This document shows, one piece after another, positions 1-13,335 of a DNA stretch of 64,000 nt. The stretch is from assembly GCF_963921235.1 (NCBI RefSeq), contig NC_086109.1, positions 83,018,001 through 83,082,000 of the forward strand, given 5' to 3'. A program made the translations under genes and the position numbers. Each line of letters begins with the position of its first letter. The first letter of the stretch is position 1. The DNA comes from Mobula hypostoma. Taxonomy: Eukaryota. The notes beneath the pieces were generated by a model. It did not search any database. It had not been told where the DNA came from and was given only the letters and a program-made list of their open reading frames with translations.

Positions 1-145
1 GGTCATATTCAATGTGATACACTCACTTTTTCTTCAGTCCTGCCGGATGTTTTTATCAGTATGAACAATGTTGTTTGGCTTGTATCTCCTGAGTCAGCAC
101 AGAAGTCAAAGTCAAGATTATTGCCAGACGCACAAGTATGTACAT

Positions 146-1110
146 TAGATTAAATTAGATTCAACTTTATTGTCATTGTGAGAGTACAGATACAAAGCCA
201 ATGAAATGCAATTAGCATCTGACCAGAAGTGCAAAAGAATTGTATTATTTACAAAATAACTGCGAAGAAAAAGTAAATGCTACAGCATACAATTATAACA
301 GTACTGAGACGGTCCAGTATGGGTGCAATACTGCTTAGTGCTGTGATGAGAGGTTCAGCAGAGTCACAGACTCAGGGAAGAAGCTCTTCCTGTGCCTGCT
401 GGTGCGAGAGCAGAGGCTTCTGTAGCGCCTACCAGATGGGAGGAAAGTGAAACGTCCATGATTAGGGTGAGATGCATCCTTGAAGATGCTTTTCTCCCTG
501 CCCAGGCAGCGTTAATGGTGGATGTTGTCAATGGTGGGCAATTGGGTGCTGATAATCCGCTGGGCAGTTTTCACCACCCACTGGAGTGCTTTGCGGTCCA
601 ATACCGGACAATTGCCATACCACACTGAGATGCAGTTGGTGAGTATGCTCTCAATGCTACAGCAGTAAAAGTCCGTCAGTATCCTGGGACAGAGGTGAAG
701 GTAATGTTGCGCCTTTTTGATCAGGATGGAGGAGTTCAGGGACCAGGTGAGATAATCAGAAGTGTGGACATCAAGGAATTTGAAACTTGATACACCCTCC
801 ACTACAGCTCCGTTGATGTAGATGGGGACATGAGTGTGGCTCCTAGCATGCCTGATGTCCACGATAATCTCCTTGGTCTTCTGGGTGTTAAAAGTCAAGT
901 TGTTATCGGCACACCATGCGGCCAGGTGCTGGACCTCATCCCTGTAGGCCGTCTCGTCATCCCCTCTGATCAGACAAACCACCGTGGTGTCATCTGCGAA
1001 CTTGATTATGGAGTTAGAACCGTGTACAGGAACGCAGTCATAGGTGATAAAGGACTACAGAAGAGGGCTCAGCACGCAGCCTTGATGCACGTCGGTATTC
1101 AGTGTGAAAA
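146..1110 (-). mobile_element. Rex1/Babar (L2-group) LINE, 3' fragment (RT C-terminus and tail)
   Basis: ORF 512..982 has GDDETAYRDEVQHLAAWCADNNLTFNTQKTKEIIVD...VSSFKFL...ILTNCISVWYG, typical of fish Rex1-type RT. The minus-strand 3' end reads aataaagttgaatctaatttaatcta. Confidence 0.8.
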
Positions 1111-1434
1111 TGGAGGAGAAGAGGTTGTATAACTCATGCACAGGCATAAATGAAAAACTTGGCTTCAAGCAGCATTACAGGCACATGTAAGCAACATTCA
1201 CAGGGAAACACAAATTAAACCTAAATTTAAACCCTTGACTCTGGAATTCCATATTTCCAGGCACAGAATCGCATGAACAAACTTTTAAAGTGACTTTGAC
1301 CCTACTTTATTAAGAGGGTTCAAGGAATTCAAGAAGATTCCTGGAAAATTTTGGCTCGTGAAGCTTCTAATCTCCCGTGTGTACATAAGATATGACATAG
1401 CAGAGGTTTGAACTCTGATCACCTGTTATTTAGA

Positions 1435-1555
1435 CCAACACACAGAAAATGTTGGAGCAACGCAGCAGTTCAGGCAGCATTCATGCCATATGAAAGATCT
1501 ATGGAGAATAAGAAACATCAACGTTTTGTGCTAAGACCCTTCATTAAGAATCCCA
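1435..1555 (-). mobile_element. Old half-copy of the Penelope terminal-repeat element
   Basis: caacacacagaaaatgttggagcaacgcagcagttcaggcagcat...agacccttcatt resembles the left arm of 31546-31794 and follows the same tgttatttagac flank. Confidence 0.55.
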
Positions 1556-3944
1556 TCAGAGGAAAGAGGGGTGTTGGTGTGTTTTCTTGGCTGTAACATA
1601 AGTGTGGTTGGAGCAGGACAGGTTATTGGTGATTTTTGTTCCTCAGAACTTGAAGTTCTAAATCCTCTCAACCTCAGTACCTTTGATGTAGACAAGAGCA
1701 CGCTTATAGCCCTCCTTTCAGATGTCAAACAACAGTTCTTTTGTTCTGCTGACATTGAATGAAAGGGTATTGTCATGGCACCATTTTCCGCAGCTATCGA
1801 TTTACTTCTTGTACACTAACATACCATTATTTGAGATATAGATCTCTACAGTGGTAGCATCTGCAAACTTGTAGATGGAGCTGGAGCAGAACCTGGCCAT
1901 GTAGTTATGAGTGCAAAGGGAGTAGAGTGGGAGGAAGTGTAACAAACTGCACTGTGTATCTCTCTTGAATTTACCTCCTCTCACCTTTAATTCATGTATT
2001 CCATTATTCAACACCATGCATCTCAATATGTTATAAATGACTCTCAGGTTTTCCCTCATATTCCGATGCTCCAGAGAAAACAACCTGGGTTTGTCCAGCC
2101 GAACTGGACAGTTGCCTTCCAACACTTAAGGAGTCCACATTACAATGTTGTGGCCATCTGACTGCCTTCTTCCTCTGCGTCAACTTTTCTTCATTTACTG
2201 ATCTCATGAATTTCAACCTCAGTTATTTTTCAATTAAAACATTGTATTATGCCATCCACTTATTTTCTGTATCAAAGTGCCCACTAATAAGTTTTCTTCC
2301 TCTACCACTGAACGAAGTGCCTTGTTTACTTTTAGTTATTACAGATAGTAAATTTGTCAAGTTATCTCCCCTGTGTTCATTGACCTTTCACCTCTCTGTG
2401 TTGTTTAACTTTATCTTTGCTTTCACATCCTTCCATGATCTTTCCTTTCCTCACCTCCGTAAACTCTTCTGACCCACAACAGTCCAGAACTCTCCACTTT
2501 TGTAACATTGACATCAATTTTTTGCAAGTCTCCTGCACTCCACCATTGACAATGGTGTCTTCAGCTGCTTAATCCCTTGGTCATGGAATCTTAATCGTTA
2601 GACACCTTCCTTCTTGCAAAGTTCCTCAAGACAGTCTCAGTCATTTTGCTGCATTTATGTTCACTATATTCATTCTGTTGTCCGACAGGAATGTAAAATA
2701 GTTAAATAATCAAACAGAGATGTAACATTCCAGAATTCCACAGCCTCTTCTCATCACCATCATTAGGGAGGAGATACAGAAGCCTGAAGGCACAGCCTCA
2801 GCATCTTAGGAACAACCCTGAAATTCCACAACTATGATTCCACAACTATGGACTCACTTTCAAGGACTCTTTACAACTCATGTTGTCGGTATTATATTTT
2901 TTGCTTTGCACAATTTATCTTCTTTTGCACATTTGTTGCTTGTCAGTCACTGTAAGATTCAAGATTTTGATTTTGAGACAAATACCCACTCGTGCTAATC
3001 TAATAAGTCTTCAAACAGTTTTAAAATAATCTTTAGTCTTGAGGTTCATTGAAAATATTGCAGCACAGATTCACTATTCTTAGCAAGTATATTAACACTA
3101 ATGAAATCTAAATGTCAATGTCCAGTTTATTGTCATACCCAAACATATATGTATGTAGAGTTTTAATGAGAAACTTGCTTGCAGCAATGTCAAAGGCACG
3201 TAGATGCAACATTTACAAGAAAAACAGAGATTAACAATGTAGATTATACATTTTTTACAAGAACGACTGCAATTAGAATAAAATTAACAAAGGCCATTGC
3301 CGTACAATGTGATTATGTTGTTGTACTTAGCTAGTGATTATGATTGTACAGGTTGATTTAATAACTGATTTATTAAAGGGTTGTAACTGTTCTTGAACTT
3401 GGTTGTGTGGGTGAACCACTTGCCCAATGGTAGTTGAGAGAAAATGCCATGACCCGGATTATAGGGATCATTGGCAGATGTTACTTTCTTCAGGTAGCGC
3501 TTCTTGTAGATACTCCTGATGGTGGGTTGGGATGTACCTGTGATATAGACAAAGATGCTAGAATGCTTTCCTTGTGATTGCATCGATAATTGCATCTATG
3601 AGCTGGGCCAAGGACAGGTCATCTGTTATGTTCGGAATCTAGGAACACCTAGGAGTATCAAGCTGCTGACATCTTCCAGCTCTGACCCAACAACCTGGAC
3701 CAGTGCATCTTCACCCAACTCTCCATTCCTGAAGAGGGCAGATGGGCTCGTGATTCAGATCATGCATGAGCTAACTGATGAGTGAACCAGCCTGAGAGTT
3801 GACTAACTTATAGCATAATTAACAAAAAAGGCACAGGAAAGGTCACATCTGCTAGTGAATCACAAAAATTTGTGGCCCAGTGAAAGGAAGTTACTTAATT
3901 TCGCATAACAGTAGATGACCTTGGTTTTCCCCTGTAAAATAGAA

Positions 3945-4300
3945 AATCAAAGAGATTGCAAATGGTGGAAATATGGAAGAGACACACAAAATGCTGGAAG
4001 AACTCCACAGGTCAAGCAGCATCAACAGGTGTGGGGGGAGGGAGCGGAATGAAGTGACAAATTTTCAAGCAAAGACCCTACATCTGGACTCAAAAGAAAC
4101 GTGCAGAATCCAAAATGAAAGAGTGGTGAGAGGGAGTAGCAAAAGCTGCCTAGTGATAGGTGAATCCGGGGTAGGAAGTTGGAAGAAAGGGAATGAGGTG
4201 AGAACCTGGCAAGTGACTAGTGGAAAAGGCAATGGGAAAAAGAAAAAGGAATCTGATAGGAGAGGACAATAGACCATAGAATAAAGGGAAGGAGCAACAC
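3945..4300 (-). mobile_element. Degenerate Penelope-like 3' end (terminal repeat plus purine-rich UTR)
   Basis: cacacaaaatgctggaagaactc...aagcagcatc...aagaccctacatctggact, then GA-rich sequence that is the reverse complement of the CT-rich Penelope UTR at 35590-35837. Confidence 0.6.
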
Positions 4301-4309
4301 ATCCCTTTT

Positions 4310-4810
4310 GTAGTAGTCATTCCTCCTCCGGAAGAGATACTAATGATCAGAAATCTGAAACCCTGTCCTCTGTACCATTCCCTCGGCCACACATTCATCT
4401 GCCAAACCATCCTATTCTTACCCTCACTGGTGCGTGGCATGGGTAGCAACCCAGAGATTACTACCCTGGAGGTCCTGCTTTGCAGCTTTCTATCAAGCTC
4501 CCTAAATTCCCTCACCATTCTGCCTATGTCATTACTACCAACATGTACCAAGACTTCTGACTGCTCACCCTCCCTCTTTAGACTGCTGTGGACCCAATTC
4601 GTGACATCCCTGCCCTGTCACCTGGGAGGCAACGTACCATCTGGGTGTCTCAATCACGCCATAGATTCACATCTCTATTAATCTCCTATCAGCATTGCAG
4701 ACCTCTTCACCTCTCTTCTGATTCAGCGTCAGAAACCCGGTCACTGCAGCTTCCACTGGTGGGTCAAGCCCCTCAATGGTATCCAAAGTGGTAGACTTAT
4801 TATTGAGGGG
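4310..4810 (-). mobile_element. CR1-type LINE ORF1 fragment (SGNH esterase domain)
   Basis: ORF 4150..4551 VHVGSNDIGR...FRELDRKLQSRTSRVVISGLLPMPR matches the GxND esterase block of CR1 ORF1p. Confidence 0.75.
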
Positions 4811-5559
4811 ACAGCTACTGCAGAATAGCCATCTGCTTTGACAACTGAGTCCTTCATCAGATCTGTAGATTATTAATTAGCTTGGAGGGAAGTTACATGC
4901 TGCAAATTGCAGAGAGAGTAATTCAAAATAGGTATATCAAAGAGTATATTTACAACTACTGTTTGCAGTCGACAGAACATTGCCAATGATCACTGCTGCC
5001 ATCTTACAAGCAGCGAAACAGACTGCAAATCACTGAACCTGGGGATCTGAAACTCCTTCTGAGTGGTGTCCAGCCAGATGTTGAGAGGCTGTTGTCATTG
5101 CATGAAGCCCATCAATCTCACAGAAAGGTGAAAATACAATGAACTTACAGTGAATGACTGAACTACCAATGAACACTCTGAAATTCTTAATGAAAATTGC
5201 TTTCACTGTAATCAAATAAATAAATAATTTTATTTGTCACTTTGAAAAACGCAATAATTTTTGCAATTATTTGTCACTGCTTTAAATTTGCAGTTCCAAT
5301 TTCTTTAACTGTGCATCATAAAAGGAATTTTTTAAATAGTTTATGTGTACTAGCCAGAAAGAGAGAGGAGGGCACTGGATACGTGCTTAGAGAGCCCAGA
5401 GGGCAGTAACCCAAAAAATGGCTGCAAATCACTGCTTCAACTATTTTACTACTCCTGATTATTATTTCCATAATATCAGGTTCCATGGATTATCTGCAGG
5501 AAAAACATCTTCAATTAATTTTTAAAAACAGAAAACTACATCTCCCAACATAAAATAGG

Positions 5560-6966
5560 TTAACCTTCCTCAGTCTTTTGCTTTCTTCTATATCCAGAAT
5601 GACAAAGTTTCTTCAGTGCTACAACCACCAGCACTGCGACCATGAATAACAGGGACAACAGAAAAACCATCACCTCCACACAATTAAAAGGAATTCTGCA
5701 GATGCAGGAAATTCAAGCAACACACATCAAAGTTGCTGATGAACGCAGCAGGCCAGGCAGCATCTCTAGGAAGAGGCACAGTCGACGTTGAGTCCTGACA
5801 AAGGGTCTCAGCCTGAAACATCAACTGTACCTCTTCCTAGCGATGCTGCCTGGCCTGCTGCGTTCACCAGCAACTTTGGTGGGTGTTACCTCCACACAAT
5901 AGTAAGTGGACCAGGGCAGTCGGTAGGATTCAAAGCGCAAATGCCCTGCTCCTTTGTGTCAGGCAACGTACTCCATCCAGAAAACGGCTCACTTCATTGG
6001 CGACCCTGGTTGGTCTCGGTGGAGAGCAGAGAGTTTCTTCATGTTGTCCCGGAAAAGTGTGTCATTTATCACCTCATTAAGTGCCTGCAATAGATCTGTT
6101 GAATGCATTGTTGAAATCTTAAGTACCTTGGCTACACTTTGGGATACAAGTCTGACTACATTGTCAAACTGGTCAAAAATGAGAGGCATGCTGATCACTG
6201 GCACACCATGGTAAATGCCATTGGTACCACCATGAGAAATGAAGACTCGTGTGTTGGGGTGTCTCAGAAGGTCGTTCTGAGGGATCCATTCTGTCAGTAG
6301 TTTATGGGAGGGATTCCCCATCATATCTCCAAATAACCTTCTGGGGTACTTGAGCAAAGCCTCAGCTATTTCCATTCTAATCTGCTCAGACAAGGAATCT
6401 ACCAATGCCCCCAGTGACATCACAATAAGTTCATGCTCCTCACAGCCCTGAACAAACTCTTCAGACTCTGCTGCTAGTGGATGGGCTAGTTTACACTGGA
6501 AGCCTCCAATGTACACAATATTTGGCATGGTGGGTCTTGGGAATTCAAACACAATATCAACCATCATTAGCAACACATCAGCCCTCAGAGAAGTGCTTGA
6601 ATGTCTGTGTCTGGTCACAGATATTGATGACAGATTTCATTATAAATTGGGTATACATAAAATTCTGCAAATACTAGTTGAAGAAGATTCAGCATGAAGT
6701 TACCTACTGTTTGGATAAAATTCATATTATCTGTCAGTTGTGAGCCAGGTTTTGGGACATAGGAAAGTGGTGATGGGGCAGAGAAGAAATGGGCTTCCTC
6801 ACTTATCTGCCATTGAACATTGTACACCTGCGGGATTTTTAAATAATGAGAAAGCATTGGTCCAGTACCAAGAACAGGATCTGTAAGTATTAAGTCAAAG
6901 TTTGCACTTTCAAGTTGTTTGAACAGTGTTTTGTTTCCAAAAACTGCAATACTAAAAGCTTGATTC
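5560..6966 (-). pseudogene. UGT pseudogene A (3' two-thirds only)
   Basis: ORFs 5989..6618 and 6615..6977 carry [18 protein letters not shown] and HGGTNG. Lesions: frameshifts, in-frame deletions, loss of the normal stop, a 203-bp insertion, and a 5' end replaced by CR1 sequence. Confidence 0.9.
5685..5887 (-). mobile_element. Fold-back Penelope terminal-repeat mini-element with degenerate hammerhead motif
   Basis: Inverted arms; 13-bp TSD acctccacacaat (5672-5684 and 5888-5900); paralogue D has the empty site near 45643. Confidence 0.9.
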
Positions 6967-7169
6967 AAATGCATCATCTCACAGTTATGTAAGTTAAATT
7001 ACATATCCCGTTCCTCCGCCCATCTCTCGAAGTGATCTCTGGAATTCATTATAATTTGCTTCATTATCAAGAAGCCCACGAAACTTTGTAATTGCACTAA
7101 AGCTGTTAAACATGTCATGTACATTCATATTCCAAATAATTTACATTTATAACAAATAACAAAGATTAT

Positions 7170-8965
7170 AATGTAAAGGAGCCCTTTGAGGGCAGTGATT
7201 ATAATATGATTGAATTCATACTGCTGTTTGAGAGGGAGAAGCACAGGTCACATGTATCAGTAGCGCAATGAAATAAAGAAATTTTGGACCACTGGACAAT
7301 GATGCTAATGAGGTATTATTGGGAGATAAAGAAATGGCAGGTGAATTTAATGGGTACATTGCATCTGTCTTTACAGTGGAAGACACTAGCAGTGTACCAG
7401 AGGTCTGTGATTGTCAGGGAGCGGGAATGCTATAAAAAGAAAAAAATGCCAGGCAAACTGAAAGTTCTTAAGGTGGATAAGTCAGCTAGACCAGATGGAC
7501 TACGTCCCAGTGTCCTGAAAGAGGTTGGTGAAGAGATAATGGATGTATTGGTCATGATCTTTCAAGAATCACTTGATTCTAGAATGACCCTGGAGGACTG
7601 GATGATTACAAATGTCACTCCACTCTAAGAAGGGAGTAAGGCAGAAGAAAAAGGAAATTACAGGACATTTAGCTGAATCTCAGTGGTTGTAAAATTGTTG
7701 GAGTCTATTATTAAGGATGAGCTTTCGGGGTACTTGGAGAATAATGATAAAATAAAGTCAAAGTCAGCATGGTTTCTGTGAAGGGAACTTTTGCCTGATA
7801 AATCTCTTAGAGCTCTTTGAGGAAGTAACAAGCAGGATGGACAAGGGAGAGGCAGTGGAGGTCATTTACTTGGATTTTCAGTAGGCATTTGATAAGGTGC
7901 CAAACATGAGGCTGCTTAACAAGACAAGATCCAGGGCGTTACAGGACAGACACTGGCATGGATAGAGGAATGTCTGACAGGTAGGATGCAGCGAGTGAGC
8001 AGGGCCTTTTCTGCTTGGGTACCATTGACATGTGGTGTTCCTCAGGAGTCAGTATTGGGACTGCTACTTTTCACATTGTTTTTCAATGGTTTGGATAATG
8101 GAATTGATGTATTTGTGGCAAAGTTAGCAGATGATTCACAGATTGGTGGAGGGGTAGATAGTCCTGAGGAAGCAATGTGATTGCAGCAGGACTTACACAA
8201 ATTGGAAGAATGCGCAAAAATGTCGAAGATGGAATACAGTGTTGGGAAATGTACAATAATGCATCTTGATAAAAGGTGGAATAGTGTGGAATATTATCTA
8301 AATGGGGAGAAGGTTCAAACATCAGAGTTGCAGAGGGACTTACGAGTCCTCGTGCAAGACTCCCAGGTTTATTTACAGGTTGCGTCTGTGGCAAAGAAAG
8401 CAAATGCAATGTTAGCACTTATTTCAAGGGAAATGGAATATAAAAGCAAAGAGATAATGCTGAACTTTTATAAGACATTAGTCAGGCCACAATTGTTGTA
8501 TTGTCAATAGTTTTGGGTCCCATATCTCAGAAGGGATGTGTTATTATTGGAGAGAGGCAAGAAGAGGTTCACAAGGACGATTTTAGGAATGAAAGGGTTA
8601 ACTTATGCGGTGCGTATGGCAGCTCTGGGCCTGTACTCACTGGAATTTAGAAGAATGCATGGGGATCTCATTGAAACCTACCCAATGTTGAAAGGACTGT
8701 ATAGGGTGAATGTGGGAATGATGTTTCCTAACATGGGGCTGTCCAGTACTAGAGGCCACAGCCTCAAAATTGACGGGTGACCTTTTAGAACATAATTATT
8801 TTAGCCACAGACTAGTGAATCAGTGGAGTGCTTTGCCACAGATTGCAGTGGAGGCCAAGTCTCTGGGTAGACGGGATTCGGGATCAGCCATGATGGAATG
8901 GCGGAGCAGACTCGATGGGCTGCTCCTAATTCTACTCCGATGTCTTTTGGTCTTATGGTCTTATA
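7170..8965 (+). mobile_element. CR1-type LINE, degraded RT and 3' end
   Basis: VDKS.RPDGL.P.VLKEV, CGVPQESVLG.LLF, KLADD, YKTLVRPQL.YC, LGLYSLEFRR and TRGHSLK motifs in broken frames. Confidence 0.9.
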
Positions 8966-10044
8966 ACACTGATCGGAGGGCCCCCACGCCCTCCAGTTGG
9001 AGAATCGGCATTCTAATTCTTACCCCACTCGAGTGATATCCCCTCAGTCAGAGAATTGACTTCCTGCTTCCTCACATCGAACCAGGTCTGAATACACCTC
9101 AGTAGCCCCCCCTGAATCCCATGCGACCGAACCTTCCAAAATCGGACTGCCATGTAGAACCTTGTAATCTTCTTGATGAAATTAAACATTCTCCACTGCC
9201 CTAATTTCATTAATTCTTATAGTTATTTCCCTGAAAAGCTTCAAAGGATTTCAGAGATGTGACCTCCCAATCAGCTGTGCTGAATGAACTACTTCCCTTC
9301 ATGGAACGTACATTGTCGACTCTTGCTCAGTGGGTGCTGGAAATCAGAATTTCCGTTCCGTAACATCTGCCCTGAGGTGGCAATTTTAATATGTTTCGAC
9401 ACAAGTGCATTGCAAATGTACTCAGTCTCAAACTAGTTATAAAATGCATCTAAACTAACCTCGGTTCGAGATAAAATTACAATTGTACACTTACCGGTAA
9501 AGAACACCTTGCGAGTACAGTAATAGAAAGTTTTTCTTTGAAGTTGTGATTTCAGCAGACAAAAGGTGACCTGCAAATATCAGCTGTTTCGTGACAAAGT
9601 CTTGGAGATTGGGTAAAACCGAGTGCGATGCGTTCTCATTCAGTTCAGACCTGCCGAATGTTTTTATCAGAATGAACAACTTTGTTTAGCTCGTATCACG
9701 TGTCAGAACAGAGTCCAATTCAAAGTAATGGTCAAGTTTATTGCCAAATGCACAAGTACATCTACGCACAGCTGCAATGAAAAACTTAGATTCAAGCAAC
9801 ATTACAGGACATATTAGCGGCGTCGACAGGGAAATATTAATAAAGGATAAATGCAACCTCTTGATTCTGTAATTCCAAATTGCTCAGAATATAAGCACAT
9901 GAACAAACTTTTAAAGTAACTTTATTTTATTAAGATGTGCTTTGTGACAATCAAAAAGTTTCTCAGGAATTTTGGCTCATGAAGCTTCTAAGTTGTATTG
10001 CTGCTGTGGAGGGATTTGAAAGCAGACCGTTTGTTATTTAGACC

Positions 10045-10237
10045 AACACACACAAAATACCGGAGAAACACAGCAGTTCTGGCAGCATCTATGGAAAGGT
10101 ATTAACAATCGACATCTTGGGCCAAGACCCTTCATCAGCATACCCTCTATGATCAATCCTGATGAAGGGTCTTGTCCTAAAATGTTGGCTGTTTATTCCT
10201 CTCCATAGATACTGCCCGAATTGCTGAGACCCTCCAG
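10045..10237 (+). mobile_element. Older fold-back Penelope terminal-repeat element, right end truncated
   Basis: Inverted arms ggcagcatctatgga...gacccttcatcag and ctgatgaagggtc...tccatagatactgcc; paralogues at 31546 and 49888. Confidence 0.8.
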
Positions 10238-10238
10238 A

Positions 10239-10438
10239 AGTTGATCTTCTTCCCGCGCTGACATGGCTGACGCGTGCGTAGTGACCTCGCGTGCGTTCAA
10301 GCTCAACAGTGGCCGTGACAGGGAATGAGGAAAGGTGCAGCTGACTCATATCGCCAAATCATATCGCTTCCTCACGGCCTGGTAGCGCATGCTTTGCGAC
10401 CCAGTACCGGTCCGCAGCCCGGTGGTTGGAGACCGCTG
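10239..10438. mobile_element. hAT/Charlie (Buster) transposon end fragment
   Basis: Near-identical to 20037-20218; ends in TIR ggttggagaccgctg; absent from the paralogous units (about 31740-31860). Confidence 0.85.
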
Positions 10439-10689
10439 CTGTAAGGTATTACATCTTGACCCCAGGTTGTGGTCTCCTCTGTATTGGAGAAACTGTATGC
10501 AGATTGGATGATGACAGCAGAATATCTTCAATCAATCTTCAGGAATACCTCTGAGCATCCATTTCCTCCTCACTTCATTTTCCATCCCACTCACTCTCTC
10601 ATAAGGGTACAAATAGAGGTGGCTACTATATTATTGGACTCTTAATTCTACCTCTCTCACTTACTTACTACTGCCTAAGAAGTGACTGA

Positions 10690-12020
10690 GATCCATGCCA
10701 ATTTGTCTACAAGAGCAACAAGACTACAGCTGATGCCAACTCACTGGCACTTCATTCAACTCTGGAACATCTGGACAGCAAAGACGCATAGATCAGATTG
10801 CTCTTTATAGACTGCAGTTCGGCATCCACAACCTGGGGTCTAGATGTAATACCTCAAAACTAATCAACAAGCTCCAAGATCTTGGTCTCAATACCTCCTC
10901 GTGCAATTGGATTTCCTTACTTGCAGGCCCCAGTCAGTTCGGATTGGCAACAACATCTCCTTCATAATCTCCATCAGCACTGGTGCAGCACAAAGCTCTT
11001 TGCTTGGCCTGCTGCTCTACTCACTTTACACTTCTGACTGTGTAGTTAAGCACAGCTCCAATGCCATATTCAAGTATGCTGATAACACCACCATCGTAGG
11101 CCAAATCAAAGGTGGTGATGAATCAACATATAGGAGGGAGACAGAAAATCTGGCTGAGTGGTGTTATAATCACAATCTCTTACACAATGTTAGCAAGACC
11201 AAGAAACAGATTGTAGACCAAGAGAAGAAAACCAGAGGCCCAGGATCCAGGCCTCATCAGAGGATTAGAGCTAGAGAGGGTGAGCAGCTTTAAATTCCTA
11301 GGTGTTATTATTTTGGAGGAACTGTCCTGGGCCCATCATATTAAGAAAGAACAACAGCACCTCTATGCTCTTAGGAGTTGTAGAGATCCAGCATGACATC
11401 TAAAACTTTGAAAATCTTTTGTAGATGCACTGTAGAGAGTATATTGACTGGCTGCATCACAGCCTGGTACGGAAACACTAATACCCTTCAACAGAAAATC
11501 CTACAGAGATTAGTTGATATTGACCCAGACCCAACCAACCACGGAGCATATTTACACAAAACGCTGCAAGAGGAACGCAGCATCCATCATCAGGAACCCT
11601 CAAGATCTAGGACATGGTGTCTTCCCACTGCTGTCATCAGGAAGAAGGTTCAAGAGCCTCACGACTTTCACTACCTGGTTCAGGAGATTTACTATCCACG
11701 AACCATCAAGCTCTAGAATCAAATGGTTCAGCTTCATTTTTCCCATCATTGAAATGTTCCCACAACCTATAAATTCACTTTCAAGGACTGTTCATCTCAT
11801 GTTTTCAATATTTATTGCTTATTTATTTATTAATATTACTTCTTCTTTCTGTGTTTGCACACTTTCTAGTATTCTATACTCTGGTTGAACGCCCTAGTTG
11901 GGTATTGTATTGATTCTGTTATGGTTATTATTCTATAGATTTATTGAGAGGGCCCATAGGTTATATATGGTGACATACAGTATATGTCCTCAGATAATAA
12001 AATTTACTTTGAATTTTGAC
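10690..12020 (+). mobile_element. Rex1/Babar-type LINE fragment with 3' tail
   Basis: LDFLTCRPQSVRIG, FKYADNTT, ENLAEWC..NL..NVSKTK and ESILTGCITAWYG motifs; tail aataaaatttactttgaattttga. Confidence 0.8.
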
Positions 12021-12510
12021 AAAGGAATCTGTAAGTATGAACTCAAAGTGAGCACTTTCAAATTGTTTTAACAGTGTTTTGTTTTGAAACAGTGTTATAT
12101 TAAAATCTTGATGCCATTGATGACATTTATATTAAAAATTCATCATTAACTTTTGGAAGATATTATGATGCCATTGTATCTAACCATTCTTCGACCTCTT
12201 CAATGACAGATCCACAAGTCTCTTCATCACCTTATTCTTCAGAAGTTTATCATATTTTTTTTGAATTTGATCAACACTGGATTGATGGAGATCAGAACAT
12301 TCTTATATTAGCCAAGATGAAGAGTAACAAAGCATTGTGATATTGCGTCCATGTTGTTTCCATTTTCCTATTGGAAACTCCGTATTGATCCAATGACCTT
12401 CATCCATAGGTATAACCAATATTTCAGTCCCTTCGGTACCTGGACAAGACATGTGATGAAAATGATACGAAGTGTACTTGTAATCTGTATTTCCATCCAG
12501 TACTATCCAT
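12021..12510 (-). pseudogene. UGT 5' fragment (ATG to the LTD motif), no open frame
   Basis: Nucleotide homology to the UGT N-terminal coding sequence, e.g. atccaatgaccttcatccataggtataaccaatattt (the DGSHWI region) and ggaatctgtaagtatgaactcaaa. Confidence 0.8.
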
Positions 12511-12524
12511 CATGAAAACTATCC

Positions 12525-13229
12525 ATGATGCTAGATGGGGTGCTTTGAGTATGTCAGAAACTGCTCATCCCCTTGCATATTCATGCACAATGGTTTCTAG
12601 ATTTTATGGAGAATGGTGTGAGAAACAAAAAAAAAACACCAGTGAACGGCAGTTCTGTGGGTGAAAACATCTCATTAATGAGAGGTGTCAGAGGAGAAAG
12701 GCTAAAGTGGTTCAAGCTGACAGAAAGGTGACAGTATTTCAAATAACTACACAGTAAAACAGTGGTATGCAGAGGTGCATCTTGAACACACACACATCAA
12801 ATCCTGCAGTGGATAGGCTACAGCAGCAAAAGACCAGAAACATACACTCAATGACCAATTTACCAGGTGCAGGAAGTCAAAATTACCTGTAAGGTGTGCT
12901 ACCAACATACAAAGGATCTTAAACTGCAGACAAGAGGTTGTCACCCTCTACATCGTTAGGACTGTAAATATATTTCATGATCGTACACAATCACGTTCCC
13001 TTTTGCAGTTTCTGCTGCACATGCTGTTGACGATATGGCCTTTATGATTATTTGTCTGCAGATCTTAGAATAGGCTTATTAATATTGCTTTTATTGAAGA
13101 AATTATTCCGTGCAAACAAGTTGTTGTCACTGGGGAAAAATTACACAGCACAACATTTTTGCACACATTGGTCATTACAAATTGAAGGGAACATTGCAGG
13201 ATGTACCTAATAAAGTTGCAACTGTGTAC
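12525..13229 (+). mobile_element. Tc1/mariner-type non-autonomous transposon remnant
   Basis: 12530-12840 is a decayed Tc1 N-terminal HTH region (tcagaaactgct..., gagaatggtgtgagaaacaa, gagaggtgtcagaggag, gctacagcagc). Terminal tgtacctaataaagttgcaactgtgta is at 13202-13228, with a related end at 17293. Confidence 0.65.
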
Positions 13230-13335
13230 ATAAATACTAACTATTGTGAGATTGTACACAAAGCACTAAATAATTAAGTGATAAAAATAGATTAGATATC
13301 AGACAAACAAAGCAAAAGCTCTAGACAGATTACAT

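Noticed and set aside
1408-3785. Short ORFs conserved between duplicated units (e.g. 2206..2472 and 43453..43719)
   Set aside because: Conservation is explained by recent segmental duplication; they are low-complexity or LINE-derived with no recognisable domains.
5685-5887. tRNA-derived SINE or microRNA precursor
   Set aside because: No Pol III A/B boxes. The hairpin, tail, TSD and hammerhead motif fit Penelope terminal repeats better.
5560-12510. One UGT gene split in two by LINE insertions (3' part 5560-6966, 5' part 12021-12510), or a two-exon gene
   Set aside because: Both pieces contain the same ~90-bp segment (NQ..NKTL..QLESA.F..ILTD), so they are separate truncated paralogues.
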